Below, in pieces: positions 9,468 to 18,780 of a stretch of 64,000 nucleotides of DNA; the first letter of the stretch is position 1, and every line of letters starts with the position of its first letter. The stretch spans positions 3,808,001 through 3,872,000 of the forward strand of contig OZ220732.1 of NCBI GenBank assembly GCA_965116905.1, in the 5' to 3' direction. Under the pieces are notes generated by a model. It made no database searches, had not been told where the DNA came from, and worked only from the letters and a program-made list of their open reading frames with translations. Source of the stretch: Longimicrobiales bacterium. Its GTDB lineage: Bacteria; Gemmatimonadota; Gemmatimonadetes; Longimicrobiales; Gaopeijiaceae. The translations under genes and the position numbers were made by a program.

Positions 9468-10168
9468 GGCTTCCGCCCCAGCACGGCAATCCTGCGCCGC
9501 AGCAGCGGCACCCAGCGCTGCAGGGTCCGTTCCAGCGCCCTCAGCCCGGGCAGGTGCGACTCGGCGAAGTAGGCGCGCTCGATCCGGAACCCGGCCCCGG
9601 TCATGAGCCCCCTCATGCGCGCCATCGACTTGTAGTCCACATGGCTCACGTCCCGCTTCAGGAGGATGTCGTTGTTCTTCAGCACTTCAAGGATGTGACT
9701 CCGGCACGGCGTCCACACCGCGAACACGCCTCCCGGCGCCAGCACGCGAAACGCCTCCGCCGCGACGGCCTCGGAGTCGTCCGGGTAGAGGTGCTCGAAC
9801 AGGTCGGCCGCGACCACCGCTTCGAACGAGTCCTCCTCCAGCCCCGTGGCCCGCGCGTCGGCGACCTGAAACACCACGTTGTCCACGCCGTGCACGGGCA
9901 CGCGCGCGTTGCACCCCGCGACCGCGCGCTCGGAGAAATCGACGCCGACGACCTCGCGGACCCGCGGGGCGAGCGCGTAGCTGATGGTGCCCCACCCGCA
10001 CCCCATGTCCAGGACCCGGTCGGTCGGCCGTCCCGGGTACAGCTCGGTCACCCTGGCGATCCGGTAGCGCTGGAAGCGGCTTTCGAAGTCGTGCAGGTGC
10101 TCCGCCGCGTCGAAATAGGCGGTCTCGTCGTAGTACGATCTGCCGACTCGCCTGCCCCGTTCCGTCAC
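9464..10168 (-). CDS. Class I SAM-dependent methyltransferase (start uncertain)
   Basis: VLDMGCGWG motif I, VGVDFS, LFEHL, RVLAPGG; stop overlaps the start of the next gene. Confidence 0.85.
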   Translation of the reverse strand: MTERGRRVGRSYYDETAYFDAAEHLHDFESRFQRYRIARVTELYPGRPTDRVLDMGCGWGTISYALAPRVREVVGVDFSERAVAGCNARVPVHGVDNVVFQVADARATGLEEDSFEAVVAADLFEHLYPDDSEAVAAEAFRVLAPGGVFAVWTPCRSHILEVLKNNDILLKRDVSHVDYKSMARMRGLMTGAGFRIERAYFAESHLPGLRALERTLQRWVPLLRRRIAVLGRKP

Positions 10169-10258
10169 TGGTCCATTCGCCTTTCCGCGGCCTCCCGTTG
10201 TAAACTCATCGGTCGCGATCCCCGGCCAAACTACCAGCGACCATCGCACCTTCGAAAC

Positions 10259-10996
10259 GTGTCATCCAATCTGCCCACGCCCGTCCGCCGCTACGGCGAC
10301 AAGGAGGTCAGGCGGCTCCTGCAGCGGGCCGCAGAACTCCAGAAGCAGGAATCGGTCGGCGAATACGGGGACGACGCTGGCGGTCTGACGCTGGCCGATC
10401 TTCAGGAAGTCGCCGCCGAAGCCGGGATCCACCCCCGGTACATTCAGCGCGCCGCGGCGGGCATCGAGGGGTCCGGGCCGTCGGGGCTCGCGGCCAGGCT
10501 TGCGGGCACCGAGTTGACGATCACCGTCGAGCGGATCGTGCCCGGCGAACTTCCGGAAGAGGGATTCGAGCAGGCGATCCTCGAGATACAGCGGGCGTTC
10601 TCCGGCTCCGGGAACCCGTCGATGGTGGGCCGCACGCTGATGTGGAAGTCGGACGCGATGGAACACCAGAGCTCGCTCCAGGTCACGGTCTCATCGCGTC
10701 ACGGCGAGACCCGAATCCGCGCCGAGGAGCGGCTCCACGGAACGGCTGCGGCGGCGCACCTGGGACTTGTCGTGGGCGCCGGCATGGGGGTCGGCCTGGG
10801 CGTCGGCTTCTCGGTCGGACTGGCGGTTCTCGGCTCCGCGCTCTTCGCGACCCTGTTCCCCGTCGGAGCGATCGGCGGGATCTACGCGGGGGTCCGTCAC
10901 TGGATGAAGAAGTTCGGTGTCAAGCGCCGCAGGGAGCTGGAGCGGATGGCGGACCGGATCGCCGGTTACGCGCGCACCGACGAACTACCAGGATGA
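10259..10996 (+). CDS. Hypothetical membrane protein
   Basis: C-terminal part of ORF 9554-10996 from GTG 10259: [19 protein letters not shown]...[16 protein letters not shown], followed by two Gly-rich TM segments. Confidence 0.7.
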   Translation: MSSNLPTPVRRYGDKEVRRLLQRAAELQKQESVGEYGDDAGGLTLADLQEVAAEAGIHPRYIQRAAAGIEGSGPSGLAARLAGTELTITVERIVPGELPEEGFEQAILEIQRAFSGSGNPSMVGRTLMWKSDAMEHQSSLQVTVSSRHGETRIRAEERLHGTAAAAHLGLVVGAGMGVGLGVGFSVGLAVLGSALFATLFPVGAIGGIYAGVRHWMKKFGVKRRRELERMADRIAGYARTDELPG

Positions 10997-11290
10997 CTTC
11001 CGGACTCCCGGAATCAGGCCGTGCAGCGACATGTCGCGAAACGCGATGCGTGAGATTCCGAACTTGCCGATGAAGCCCCGGGGACGCCCGGTCATCTGGC
11101 AGCGGTTGCGGTAGCGCACGGCAGCCGAGTCCCGGGGCAGCGCCTGGAGAGTCGCCATCGCCTCGCGCTTGCTGGCGGGCGCGGCGTTCGGATCCTTCAT
11201 GACCGCCGTAAGTTCCTGCCGCCTGGCGGCGTACTTGGCGACCAGCTTCGCCCGGCGGTCGTTCTTCTGCAGTTTGCCCTTCTTGGCCAT
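10985..11290 (-). CDS. rpsN: 30S ribosomal protein S14, long Zn-independent type (101 aa)
   Basis: MAKKG...[23 protein letters not shown]...[11 protein letters not shown]; a single Cys, no CxxC pairs. Confidence 0.97.
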   Translation of the reverse strand: MAKKGKLQKNDRRAKLVAKYAARRQELTAVMKDPNAAPASKREAMATLQALPRDSAAVRYRNRCQMTGRPRGFIGKFGISRIAFRDMSLHGLIPGVRKSSW

Positions 11291-11386
11291 CGGCAGTGCT
11301 TTTGGAGGAGTTGTGGGCGGTCGTGCACGGAGCGGCACGGCCTAGCCATTAAAGCTCGCGATACCGAGAGCGGAAATCAAGCGCAA

Positions 11387-11974
11387 CTAATGCGGCCGGT
11401 GTGCCACCACGCGCGACTCGTTCGTCTCGAGGTAGGGCCCCCCGATCAGGTCCACGCAGTCCGGCACGGCGGCGAACACGGCGTCCAGGCACTCTCGCAC
11501 CGCCTTCGGCGACCCCGGCAGATTGATGATCAGCGACGATCCCCGCACGCCGGCGGTCTGCCGCGACAGGATGGCGGTCGGGACATGAGGACGGGACACC
11601 GCGCGCATGGCCTCGCCGAATCCGGCAAGCTCCTTGTCCAGGACCGCGGCGGTCGCCTCGGGGGTGACGTCCCGCGGAGCCGGTCCGGTGCCGCCCGTGG
11701 TGATCACCAGGGAGCACCCTTCATCGTCCACGAGCTCGACCAGCGTGTCCCGCACGAGGCCCACTTCGTCGGGGATCACGCGCGTCGCAGCGCGCCAGGG
11801 TGTCGCGAGCACCTCCGACAGGTACGCGCGCACGGCGGGGCCGCCCCGATCTTCGTATTCCCCGCGGGACGCACGATCCGATACGACGAGGATGCCGATC
11901 CGCACCAACTCGCCGCCAGGGTCGTCCGATCCGGGGGCCGACGGTGTCCGTCCAACTGTGTCGCTGCTGTCCAT
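11387..11974 (-). CDS. mog: Molybdopterin adenylyltransferase Mog
   Basis: VVSDRASRGEYEDRGG, ITTGGTGPAPRDVTPEAT, AILSRQTAG, INLPGSPKA. Confidence 0.95.
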   Translation of the reverse strand: MDSSDTVGRTPSAPGSDDPGGELVRIGILVVSDRASRGEYEDRGGPAVRAYLSEVLATPWRAATRVIPDEVGLVRDTLVELVDDEGCSLVITTGGTGPAPRDVTPEATAAVLDKELAGFGEAMRAVSRPHVPTAILSRQTAGVRGSSLIINLPGSPKAVRECLDAVFAAVPDCVDLIGGPYLETNESRVVAHRPH

Positions 11975-12057
11975 GTTCGACAATATGGGCAGTTTGTGGC
12001 ATTTTTTCACGGCACGGGCGGAGCCGCCGCCCCACGACCCGGCCAACACGACCCACC

Positions 12058-12399
12058 ATGACCGACGACGCCCCGCGCGATGCGGCCACCGCGATGCTCC
12101 CCGCCAGCTACGACGGACTGCGAATCCTGCAGTCGGAGTTCCGGCGGTACCAGGCTGCCGCTTTCCCGGTCCGCCCGCCCCGCTTCTTCGCCCTTGAGCT
12201 GGCCGGTGAAACCGGTGAGCTGGCGAACCTCGAAAAGAAGGTCTGGAAGGGCCGCACCGTCGCCGACGCCGACTTCGAGGACGAGACCGCCGACGTGTGC
12301 ATCGCCCTCATCAACTTCGCCAACAGCCGCGGGATCGACCTCGCACGGGTGGTGGCACGGAAGATGAGCAAGATCGACAGGGGACGGACAGCCGTATGA
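12058..12399 (+). CDS. MazG-like nucleotide pyrophosphohydrolase
   Basis: LELAGETGELAN..KK and EDETADV (ExxE...ExxD) signature; stop overlaps the folE2 start (ATGA). Confidence 0.75.
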   Translation: MTDDAPRDAATAMLPASYDGLRILQSEFRRYQAAAFPVRPPRFFALELAGETGELANLEKKVWKGRTVADADFEDETADVCIALINFANSRGIDLARVVARKMSKIDRGRTAV

Positions 12400-13202
12400 C
12401 GAAGACGATGCACGCAGCGCTCGCGGACGTGCAGGCCGACCCCGACCTGCGCAGGGTCCCCATCGCCAAGGTCGGCGTCCAGAACATCCGTTTCCCGATC
12501 GCGGTGAGGGACCGGAGCAAGACCGCGCAGCACACCGTGGGCTGGATCGACATGTCGGTGGATCTCCCCTCCCACTTCAAGGGGACCCACATGAGCCGGT
12601 TCATGGAGATCCTGAACTCCCACGACGGCGAGATCTCCGTCGAGGCCCTGCCGGCCATCCTGCAGACCATGCGCGAGCGGCTGAACGCCGCGACCGCGCA
12701 CCTGCGCATCTCGTTTCCCTACTTCATGGAGAAGCGGGCGCCGGTCACGGGCGCGTCGGGCCTGCTGTCGTACGAGTGCGTCTTCGACGCGTCCACCGGA
12801 GCCGACGACGACTTCGTGCTTACGGTCAAGGTCCCGGTGACGACGCTCTGCCCCTGCTCGCGCGAGATCAGCGCCAGGGGCGCCCACAATCAGCGCGGGA
12901 TCGTCACGGTGAAGGTCCGCTTCGACGGCGAACTGTGGATCGAGGACCTGGTGGAGCTGGTCGACGAATCGGCTTCGTGCGACCTCTACCCGGTGCTCAA
13001 GCGGTCGGACGAGAAGTGGGTGACCGAGCGGGCGTACGACAACCCGCGCTTCGTGGAGGACCTGGTGAGAGAGGTGACGCTCCGGCTGCGTGACCTGCCC
13101 GGGATCACCTGGTTCAACGTCCACGTGGTCAACTTCGAGTCGATCCACGAGCACGACGCGTACGCCGAGGTGGAAGAGGACCGCCGGGCCGTCAGAGCCT
13201 GA
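12396..13202 (+). CDS. folE2: GTP cyclohydrolase IB (FolE2)
   Basis: KGTHMSRF, VTTLCPCSREIS..GAHNQR, LKRSDEK.VTERAYDNPRFVED, FESIHEHDAYA. Confidence 0.95.
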   Translation: MTKTMHAALADVQADPDLRRVPIAKVGVQNIRFPIAVRDRSKTAQHTVGWIDMSVDLPSHFKGTHMSRFMEILNSHDGEISVEALPAILQTMRERLNAATAHLRISFPYFMEKRAPVTGASGLLSYECVFDASTGADDDFVLTVKVPVTTLCPCSREISARGAHNQRGIVTVKVRFDGELWIEDLVELVDESASCDLYPVLKRSDEKWVTERAYDNPRFVEDLVREVTLRLRDLPGITWFNVHVVNFESIHEHDAYAEVEEDRRAVRA

Positions 13203-13851
13203 CTTCGCCCCGCGCGGGCGTTCGCAGGAAGGCGCGCAGTTCGTGCGTGCCGTGCGCCACCGCAAGGGCCACTCCCAGCCCGTTCAGGTCCGTCCGCACC
13301 GCATCGGGATCGGGGTGGCGGGCGTCGATCCCCGCCAGGGTGACGCCGTGGTCCGGGAGGCCGGCGCAGGGGTGCGGGGTCGCGCCCCAATCGATGAAGA
13401 AGGGGACGATGCCGCGCCGGGGAAGCGGCTCCCGGGGCATGCTCAGCGTCCAGGAGATGCGCTGGCCGCCGGGCGTGGCGCGCGACATGGAGCGGACCGG
13501 GCCGAGGAGGTGGCCGGCGGCGCCGTCCGCGAGGCCGTGCAGGTCGCCCGAGCGGACGGCCCAGGTGACCAGCGCCGGGAGCGGTGCCGCGCCGCGCGCC
13601 AGCCACAGTCCCCCCGGCGGAGGCGGCTGCTCCGGATCGGGACCGACCACCTCCAGGTATACCCGGGGTCCGACCTTCAGGAGAGCGTTTCGGGTGCCGA
13701 GCCCGGGATGACTGCCGCCGGGCGTCAGGGGTACGCCGAGGCGCTCTTCGACTTCGCCGACGCCGGCAGCGAGGTCGGGGACCGCGTAGACGAGGTGATC
13801 GGTGACCGCGGGGAACGAGCCCGCAGGTGCCGGTTGCGGTGAACCGGTCAC
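13192..13851 (-). CDS. VOC / glyoxalase-like domain protein
   Basis: DHLVYAVPDL, GGSHPGLGTRNALL, YLEVVGPDP, PFFIDWG. Confidence 0.85.
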   Translation of the reverse strand: MTGSPQPAPAGSFPAVTDHLVYAVPDLAAGVGEVEERLGVPLTPGGSHPGLGTRNALLKVGPRVYLEVVGPDPEQPPPPGGLWLARGAAPLPALVTWAVRSGDLHGLADGAAGHLLGPVRSMSRATPGGQRISWTLSMPREPLPRRGIVPFFIDWGATPHPCAGLPDHGVTLAGIDARHPDPDAVRTDLNGLGVALAVAHGTHELRAFLRTPARGEVRL

Positions 13852-13872
13852 GCGTCTGCGGCCGACCGCCGG

Positions 13873-14124
13873 CTAGCTGTCCTGGCCGCCGTACCGGCGC
13901 TGGAAGCGCTCCACCCGCCCGGCGCTGTCGAGGAGTCGTTGCGTACCGGTGTAGAACGGGTGCGACGACGACGAGACCTCGAGGGTGACGAGCGGGTATT
14001 CCTTTCCGTCCTCCCACTCTATGGTCCGCTTGGTGGCGACGGTGGAGCGGGTCAGGAAGGAATAGCCCGTCGAGACATCCTGGAAGACGACGGGCCGGTA
14101 TTTGGGATGAGTGTCTTTCTTCAC
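13873..14124 (-). CDS. rpmE2: 50S ribosomal protein L31 type B (Zn-independent)
   Basis: [16 protein letters not shown]...[12 protein letters not shown]...[10 protein letters not shown]; 83 aa, no Cys. Confidence 0.97.
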   Translation of the reverse strand: MKKDTHPKYRPVVFQDVSTGYSFLTRSTVATKRTIEWEDGKEYPLVTLEVSSSSHPFYTGTQRLLDSAGRVERFQRRYGGQDS

Positions 14125-14177
14125 GACTTGCCGTTCCGGGCTGATGCGACGGTCTCCGGGCTGAATGACGACGGTCC

Positions 14178-14237
14178 GGATATCGAGCGGACCGCCCGGG
14201 TATCGAGCGGACCGCCACCGATATGGAGCGACCGCCG
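14178..14237. repeat. About three copies of a 20-bp tandem repeat upstream of rpmE2
   Basis: ggatatcgagcggaccgccc / gggtatcgagcggaccgcca / degenerate third copy. Confidence 0.7.
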
Positions 14238-14255
14238 CCTGGTGTACAGACCTTA

Positions 14256-14285
14256 ATATTACCCAGTCTGGACGATTGCGGTCAA
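14256..14285 (-). promoter_or_regulatory. Putative sigma70 promoter for rpmE2
   Basis: Minus strand TTGACC-N18-TAATAT in the AT-richer divergent intergenic region. Confidence 0.45.
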
Positions 14286-14366
14286 CGGGCTATCTTAATG
14301 GGCGACCGGTTCGAAGTCCCGTGGGCCGGCCACCCCGAACCGGCTGGCGACAGTCAGGGAGAAATC

Positions 14367-14537
14367 ATGGCGAAGAAGTCCGGCAAGGGACCGCGAGTGA
14401 TGGTGAAGATGTCCAGCACGGAGAGCCCCTACCGCTTCACCACCACGAAAAACAAGCGAAACAACCCCCAGCGTCTGGAGCTCCGGCGCTACGACCCGGT
14501 GCTGCGGCGCCACGTCCTGTTCCGGGAAGAGAAATAG
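14367..14537 (+). CDS. rpmG: 50S ribosomal protein L33 (Zn-independent)
   Basis: MAKK...[32 protein letters not shown]; no Cys; GGGAGA RBS. Confidence 0.95.
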   Translation: MAKKSGKGPRVMVKMSSTESPYRFTTTKNKRNNPQRLELRRYDPVLRRHVLFREEK

Positions 14538-14565
14538 GCGTTCGGGGTACAAACGGAGGATCACG

Positions 14566-14805
14566 ATGTCCCGCAAGTGCGACATCACCGGGAAACGGCC
14601 CCTGACCGGGCACAACGTCTCCCACGCTCACAACAAGACCAAGAAGCGGCAGTTGCCGAACCTGCAGACGAAACGAATCTTCGTCCCCGAGCTGGACAAG
14701 TCTGTCCGGATCAAGGTCTCCACTTCCGCCCTTCGGTCGATCGACAAGATGGGGTTGGCGGCATTCCTACGGAAGAACGGGCTCTCGCTCAGCGACGTCA
14801 CCTGA
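14566..14805 (+). CDS. rpmB: 50S ribosomal protein L28
   Basis: MSRKCDITGKRPLTGHNVSHAHNKTKKRQLPNLQ; GGAGG RBS; a single Cys. Confidence 0.97.
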   Translation: MSRKCDITGKRPLTGHNVSHAHNKTKKRQLPNLQTKRIFVPELDKSVRIKVSTSALRSIDKMGLAAFLRKNGLSLSDVT

Positions 14806-14822
14806 CAGCCCGCGGCAGCCAT

Positions 14823-16973
14823 TTGCGCTGCCGTCGCCGTGCGCGCGGTCAGGCAGCACGGTCCTGCCGCATCGCCGCCCTCCGGCGCGCGGCCGCAGTC
14901 GCCGCGTCAGTGGTTGCCGCGTCCGCGGTCGCTCCGTTCGTGGTCGCCCAGTTCGCGGTCGCCCCTTCCCTGTTCGGCTCACACCTTCTCGCGCAGGAAG
15001 CCGCGTTCGATACGCCCGCGGTCCTGTCTCTCGTGCGACGGGCGCGCGAGTTGCGCGAGTCCCCGCCCCCGGCGACGGCATCGGCAGCGTACAAGGCGCG
15101 CGCCGAGGGGCACGTCTACTTCTACCTGGACCGCGACGACGGCGGCGAGCCTGTCCCCATGAGGGTCGACCAGGTCGCGGTGGACCTTTTCCGCAGTCCT
15201 GACGGCCGAACACGCCAGGTTATCCGCGGGCTCCGGCGCCAGGAACTGCTGCCGGTACAGGACTTCCGGTACTACATCGACCGGCTGACCGCGGTCCAGA
15301 ACGGCTTCGGCGACCGCATCGCGATCGGCGAGGGCCGCGACGTGCGCGACGTGCCCCACCCTCTCGGTAGCGAGGGCGAGGACACGTATCGCTATCGCAT
15401 CGTGGACTCGCTGACGGTCAGCGCGCCCACGCTGCCGAGGCCGATCAGGGTGTACGAAATCGAGGCGCATCCTCGCGACGAGGCAATGCCGGCCATTGTC
15501 GGGAGCGTGTTCGTCGAGGCGGACACGGGTGCGCTCGTGAGGATGGTGTTCACGTTCACGCCGGCCTCCTATGTCGACCCCCGCAGCGACCGGATCACGG
15601 TGCGGCTGGAACACGCGCTCTGGGAAGAGGCGCTGTGGCTCCCGTACCGACAGGTCGTCGAGGTCCGCCGCGAGATTCCGCAGCTCGACCTCCCGGTGGG
15701 TTCGGTGATCCGCGCGACGCTGCAGGTGACGGGCTACGAATTCGATCCCGTGATCGAGCCCGGGTTCTTTCGGGGACCCCGGGTGACGATGGTGCCCTAC
15801 GGGGCGGCCGACTCGACCGAGTTCCGCACGGGGCTCATGGACCGCATGGCGGAGGAAGGGCTCTCGCCGGTGAGCATGGCCCGGATCGAGGCCGAAGTTC
15901 GGCGCCAGGCCCGCGCCCGCCTGGTCAGCGGACTGCCGCGCGTGCGGGTCTATGCGGACGCCTTCTCCTCCGTCCTCCGGGCCAACCGCGCGGAAGGCGT
16001 GCACTTCGGACTGGGCAGCTCCTTCACCCCACGCGACAGGTTCAGGATGCAGGGGCTCGCCGGGTACCAGTCGGCCCCCGGCACGGTCTCCGGAACGCTG
16101 CGCGGCCGCCTGAGCGCGGAAGACGGCTTGACCACGACCACCTTCGAGCTCTACGCAAGACAGCTGCGGGACGCGGGTCCCCGCACGGCGGCCTCCGGAG
16201 CCGTGAACACACTCTCCACGCTGCTGCGCGGCACCGACTACACCGACCCCTACTTCGCGTCGGGGGTGCGCGTCGGTGTCGATCGCGGGGTCGGCGACGG
16301 GGCATCCGTCACCATCGGTGGCCGGGCGGAGGAGCTGAGCGGGGCAACGGCGCTCTGGGCGCGGGGGCTGGGCTCGAGCGCGGACCGGCGTCCGCTGCGC
16401 CCCGTCGGCGAAGGGGTGTTCGTCGGCGCCGACAGCGAGCTGCGGTACAGATGGACGGGCGTGCCGACATGGGGAGCCGAGGCGGCCGCCGTCGCCACCG
16501 CGGGCAGGTGGGATGGCGGCGGCAATCTGACGCTGGTGGCGCGGCTGGACGCCAGGCTCGCCGCCCGTGACCTCGCGCGGCGCGTCAACCTGAAGGTGGA
16601 GGCCGGCGCGGCATGGGGCGCCCTGCCGCAACAAATGCTGTTCTTCATGGGCGGCCGCGGCACCCTGCCGGGGCACGGCTTTCGCGCATTCGGCGGCCGC
16701 CGTTTCGTCCTTGCGACCGGAGAGGCGGCATTCACCCTCCGTCCGGGATGGCTGACGGCCAGGCTGCTGGCGGGTGCCGGCGCGGTCGGAGCGACCTCCG
16801 ACGCGCTCCGGGAGGACTGGGGGGTTGCGCCCACCGACGGGCTGCGCGCGTACGCCGGTGTCGGCCTCAGCACGCTGTACGACATTCTGCGCGTCGATGG
16901 CGCATGGGGACTGCCTCGCGGTAGCTTCGAGATCATCCTTTCGATCGACCCGAGGCTCCGGCCCTATCTTTGA
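14823..16973 (+). CDS. Hypothetical secreted / outer-membrane beta-barrel-like protein (start uncertain)
   Basis: Hydrophobic N-terminus ending LLAQE; C-terminal half has alternating beta-strands and an FFMGGRGTLPGH motif reminiscent of the Omp85 L6 loop. Confidence 0.6.
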   Translation: MRCRRRARGQAARSCRIAALRRAAAVAASVVAASAVAPFVVAQFAVAPSLFGSHLLAQEAAFDTPAVLSLVRRARELRESPPPATASAAYKARAEGHVYFYLDRDDGGEPVPMRVDQVAVDLFRSPDGRTRQVIRGLRRQELLPVQDFRYYIDRLTAVQNGFGDRIAIGEGRDVRDVPHPLGSEGEDTYRYRIVDSLTVSAPTLPRPIRVYEIEAHPRDEAMPAIVGSVFVEADTGALVRMVFTFTPASYVDPRSDRITVRLEHALWEEALWLPYRQVVEVRREIPQLDLPVGSVIRATLQVTGYEFDPVIEPGFFRGPRVTMVPYGAADSTEFRTGLMDRMAEEGLSPVSMARIEAEVRRQARARLVSGLPRVRVYADAFSSVLRANRAEGVHFGLGSSFTPRDRFRMQGLAGYQSAPGTVSGTLRGRLSAEDGLTTTTFELYARQLRDAGPRTAASGAVNTLSTLLRGTDYTDPYFASGVRVGVDRGVGDGASVTIGGRAEELSGATALWARGLGSSADRRPLRPVGEGVFVGADSELRYRWTGVPTWGAEAAAVATAGRWDGGGNLTLVARLDARLAARDLARRVNLKVEAGAAWGALPQQMLFFMGGRGTLPGHGFRAFGGRRFVLATGEAAFTLRPGWLTARLLAGAGAVGATSDALREDWGVAPTDGLRAYAGVGLSTLYDILRVDGAWGLPRGSFEIILSIDPRLRPYL

Positions 16974-17020
16974 CGGCCGGGGGAAACCCGGGATCAAGGG
17001 TCGGCGAGACTGGAACGGCG

Positions 17021-17707
17021 ATGCGCCCACCGAACGACACAATACGCTTCAGGCCGATGCGGCCGATCTTCCTGCTGGCACTGCTGGTCCTCCTCCCCGG
17101 AGGCGCCCTGGCGGGCCAGGACGAGGATGTGCACGACCTGAACATGGGCTCGATCGTCCGCATCACCGGGGCCACCGTGCTCCGAGGGGGTCCGGCGTCG
17201 CCGCCGCGACTGTTCCCCGTGGTGATCGAGGGCAACGTCGTCGGGTTGCGCGGCGACACGCTGCTCTTCGAGACCGGCAACGAACCGGTGTACTGGATTC
17301 CGCTCAGCGAGCAGCCACTGGTCGAGCGCCGCGCCGCCGTTCGGGACACGAAGCGCTCGGTGCTCGTCATGTCCGTCGTGTCGGCTGCCGCCGGGGCCAC
17401 GTTTGCGTGGGGCTGGCATGATCAGTGCCATGTCAACCAGGAGGCGCTGCAGGTGGGGCTGCAAATCACGACCTGTCCGGACGAAAGCTCCGAGGGGGAG
17501 GCCCTGCTGCGCGGACTGGCGCTGGGCGCCGGCGTCGGCGTGGCGGCGGGCATCGTGCTGAGCCGCTTCGTCAAGCGCCAGGGCTGGGTGCCGCTGACCC
17601 TGGACCGGATTCGATTCCAGGGCATGCCGGGCATCGGGAGCGCCGGCGGCGTCCGGCCGGGCGCATCCGGGCTGACGATCCGCTGGGCGGTCGGCGGGCG
17701 TCCCTAG
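17021..17707 (+). CDS. Hypothetical exported/membrane protein
   Basis: Signal peptide MRPIFLLALLVLLPGGALA (alternative start 17057) and two Gly/Ala-rich hydrophobic segments. Confidence 0.6.
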   Translation: MRPPNDTIRFRPMRPIFLLALLVLLPGGALAGQDEDVHDLNMGSIVRITGATVLRGGPASPPRLFPVVIEGNVVGLRGDTLLFETGNEPVYWIPLSEQPLVERRAAVRDTKRSVLVMSVVSAAAGATFAWGWHDQCHVNQEALQVGLQITTCPDESSEGEALLRGLALGAGVGVAAGIVLSRFVKRQGWVPLTLDRIRFQGMPGIGSAGGVRPGASGLTIRWAVGGRP

Positions 17708-17776
17708 CAGCCGGCGGGCGTCCCCAGCGGCCGGGGGGCGTCCCCAGCGACCGGCGGGCGTCCCTAGCAGCCGGCG
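17692..17776. repeat. Four-copy 20-bp tandem repeat between convergent genes
   Basis: Unit CGGCGGGCGTCCCTAGCAGC; copies 1 and 4 are identical and carry the stop codons of the two flanking genes. Confidence 0.9.
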
Positions 17777-18669
17777 CTCTCGTAGGTGTAGAGGAAGTTG
17801 GTGAAGCCCCGGTCGTAGTCGGAGAGCCCGTTCTGGCCGGTGAGCTTCATGCGGGAATCATACAGCTCCCGCATTGCCGTGGTGAACGCGTTGGGACGCT
17901 GACCAGGGGGGCGAAGACGCCTGAAGTCTTCGAGCACGGTGCCCGAGAGGGGGGTAGCGTCCAGGAGCTCCCCATAGCGCTCGGGATCGTCGCCGTCCAG
18001 CACCCGAAGGTTGCGGTAGACCCGTTCCGCCAGCGCGGCCTGGCGAAGCTGCGGGTCCCTCGAGCCCTCCAGCGCCAGGTACGCCAGCGCCTGCGCTTCG
18101 AGTTCCTTGAGGTAGCCCTTTCGATGGCAGAACTCGTGGGCCAGGATGTGAGGCTCGAAGACCCCCGTGCTGCGAAACACGGCGATGTCCCCCGACAGGA
18201 TGTCGCAGCTGCCGACCGCGAAGGGCATCATGAGGCGCGCCAGGGTCATCTCGCGCACCGAACTGCTGGTCTCGACACGCTGGCCGGTGATGGACGCGAT
18301 ATACGAGGTGAGGCGTTCGTTCACGTCGCCCGCCAGAATGTCCCGTTCGCGCCGCACGGGTTCATGGATTGACATCAGCTCGGCCGAAAAGCGCTCGACG
18401 TCCTCGAAGCGCCGGGCCTCGGGCATCTCGTCCATGTGCTTGATATCGGACCCGAACGTCGCGAGGAAATCGATCTTGCGGACGCCGCGGCGCGACGCCC
18501 AGTCGCTGAGCACGCTGCCCGCGTATGCGCCCGCCGCCGCAGCCTGGACGAGACGGCCCGGGAGGGTAGCTCCCATGAGGAGCCTCGAGGCCAGGGGTGC
18601 CGCGAACATCAGGTCGGTCAGGGAGACCGGCGAGTACGTCGCGCTGTTCGGGATTCGAATCGTCTCCAT
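17764..18669 (-). CDS. DUF3810-like putative zinc metallopeptidase
   Basis: HILAHEFCHRKGYLKELEAQALAYLA (HExxH plus downstream E). Confidence 0.7.
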   Translation of the reverse strand: METIRIPNSATYSPVSLTDLMFAAPLASRLLMGATLPGRLVQAAAAGAYAGSVLSDWASRRGVRKIDFLATFGSDIKHMDEMPEARRFEDVERFSAELMSIHEPVRRERDILAGDVNERLTSYIASITGQRVETSSSVREMTLARLMMPFAVGSCDILSGDIAVFRSTGVFEPHILAHEFCHRKGYLKELEAQALAYLALEGSRDPQLRQAALAERVYRNLRVLDGDDPERYGELLDATPLSGTVLEDFRRLRPPGQRPNAFTTAMRELYDSRMKLTGQNGLSDYDRGFTNFLYTYESAGC

Positions 18670-18780
18670 ATTTCTTCTATCGTGCCGTCGGGTGAGGGAC
18701 TGAGGGTCCTGCAGTCATGACGGGCGTTTATGGAAAAAAGCTTCGCCAGCCGTGCGCCAGCAAGGGGAGGGACCTCGACA

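Noticed and set aside
14124..14367. Zur box between rpmE2 and rpmG
   Set aside because: Only promoter-like AT patches were seen; no convincing palindrome matching Zur consensus sequences I know.
14577..14822. N-terminal extension of the 798-aa ORF overlapping rpmB
   Set aside because: Out-of-frame overlap with a clear L28 gene; the real start must lie downstream of 14805.
17692..17776. Possible mini-CRISPR array
   Set aside because: The units are contiguous 20-mers with no unique spacers, and there are no cas genes in the window; the same applies to 14178-14237.
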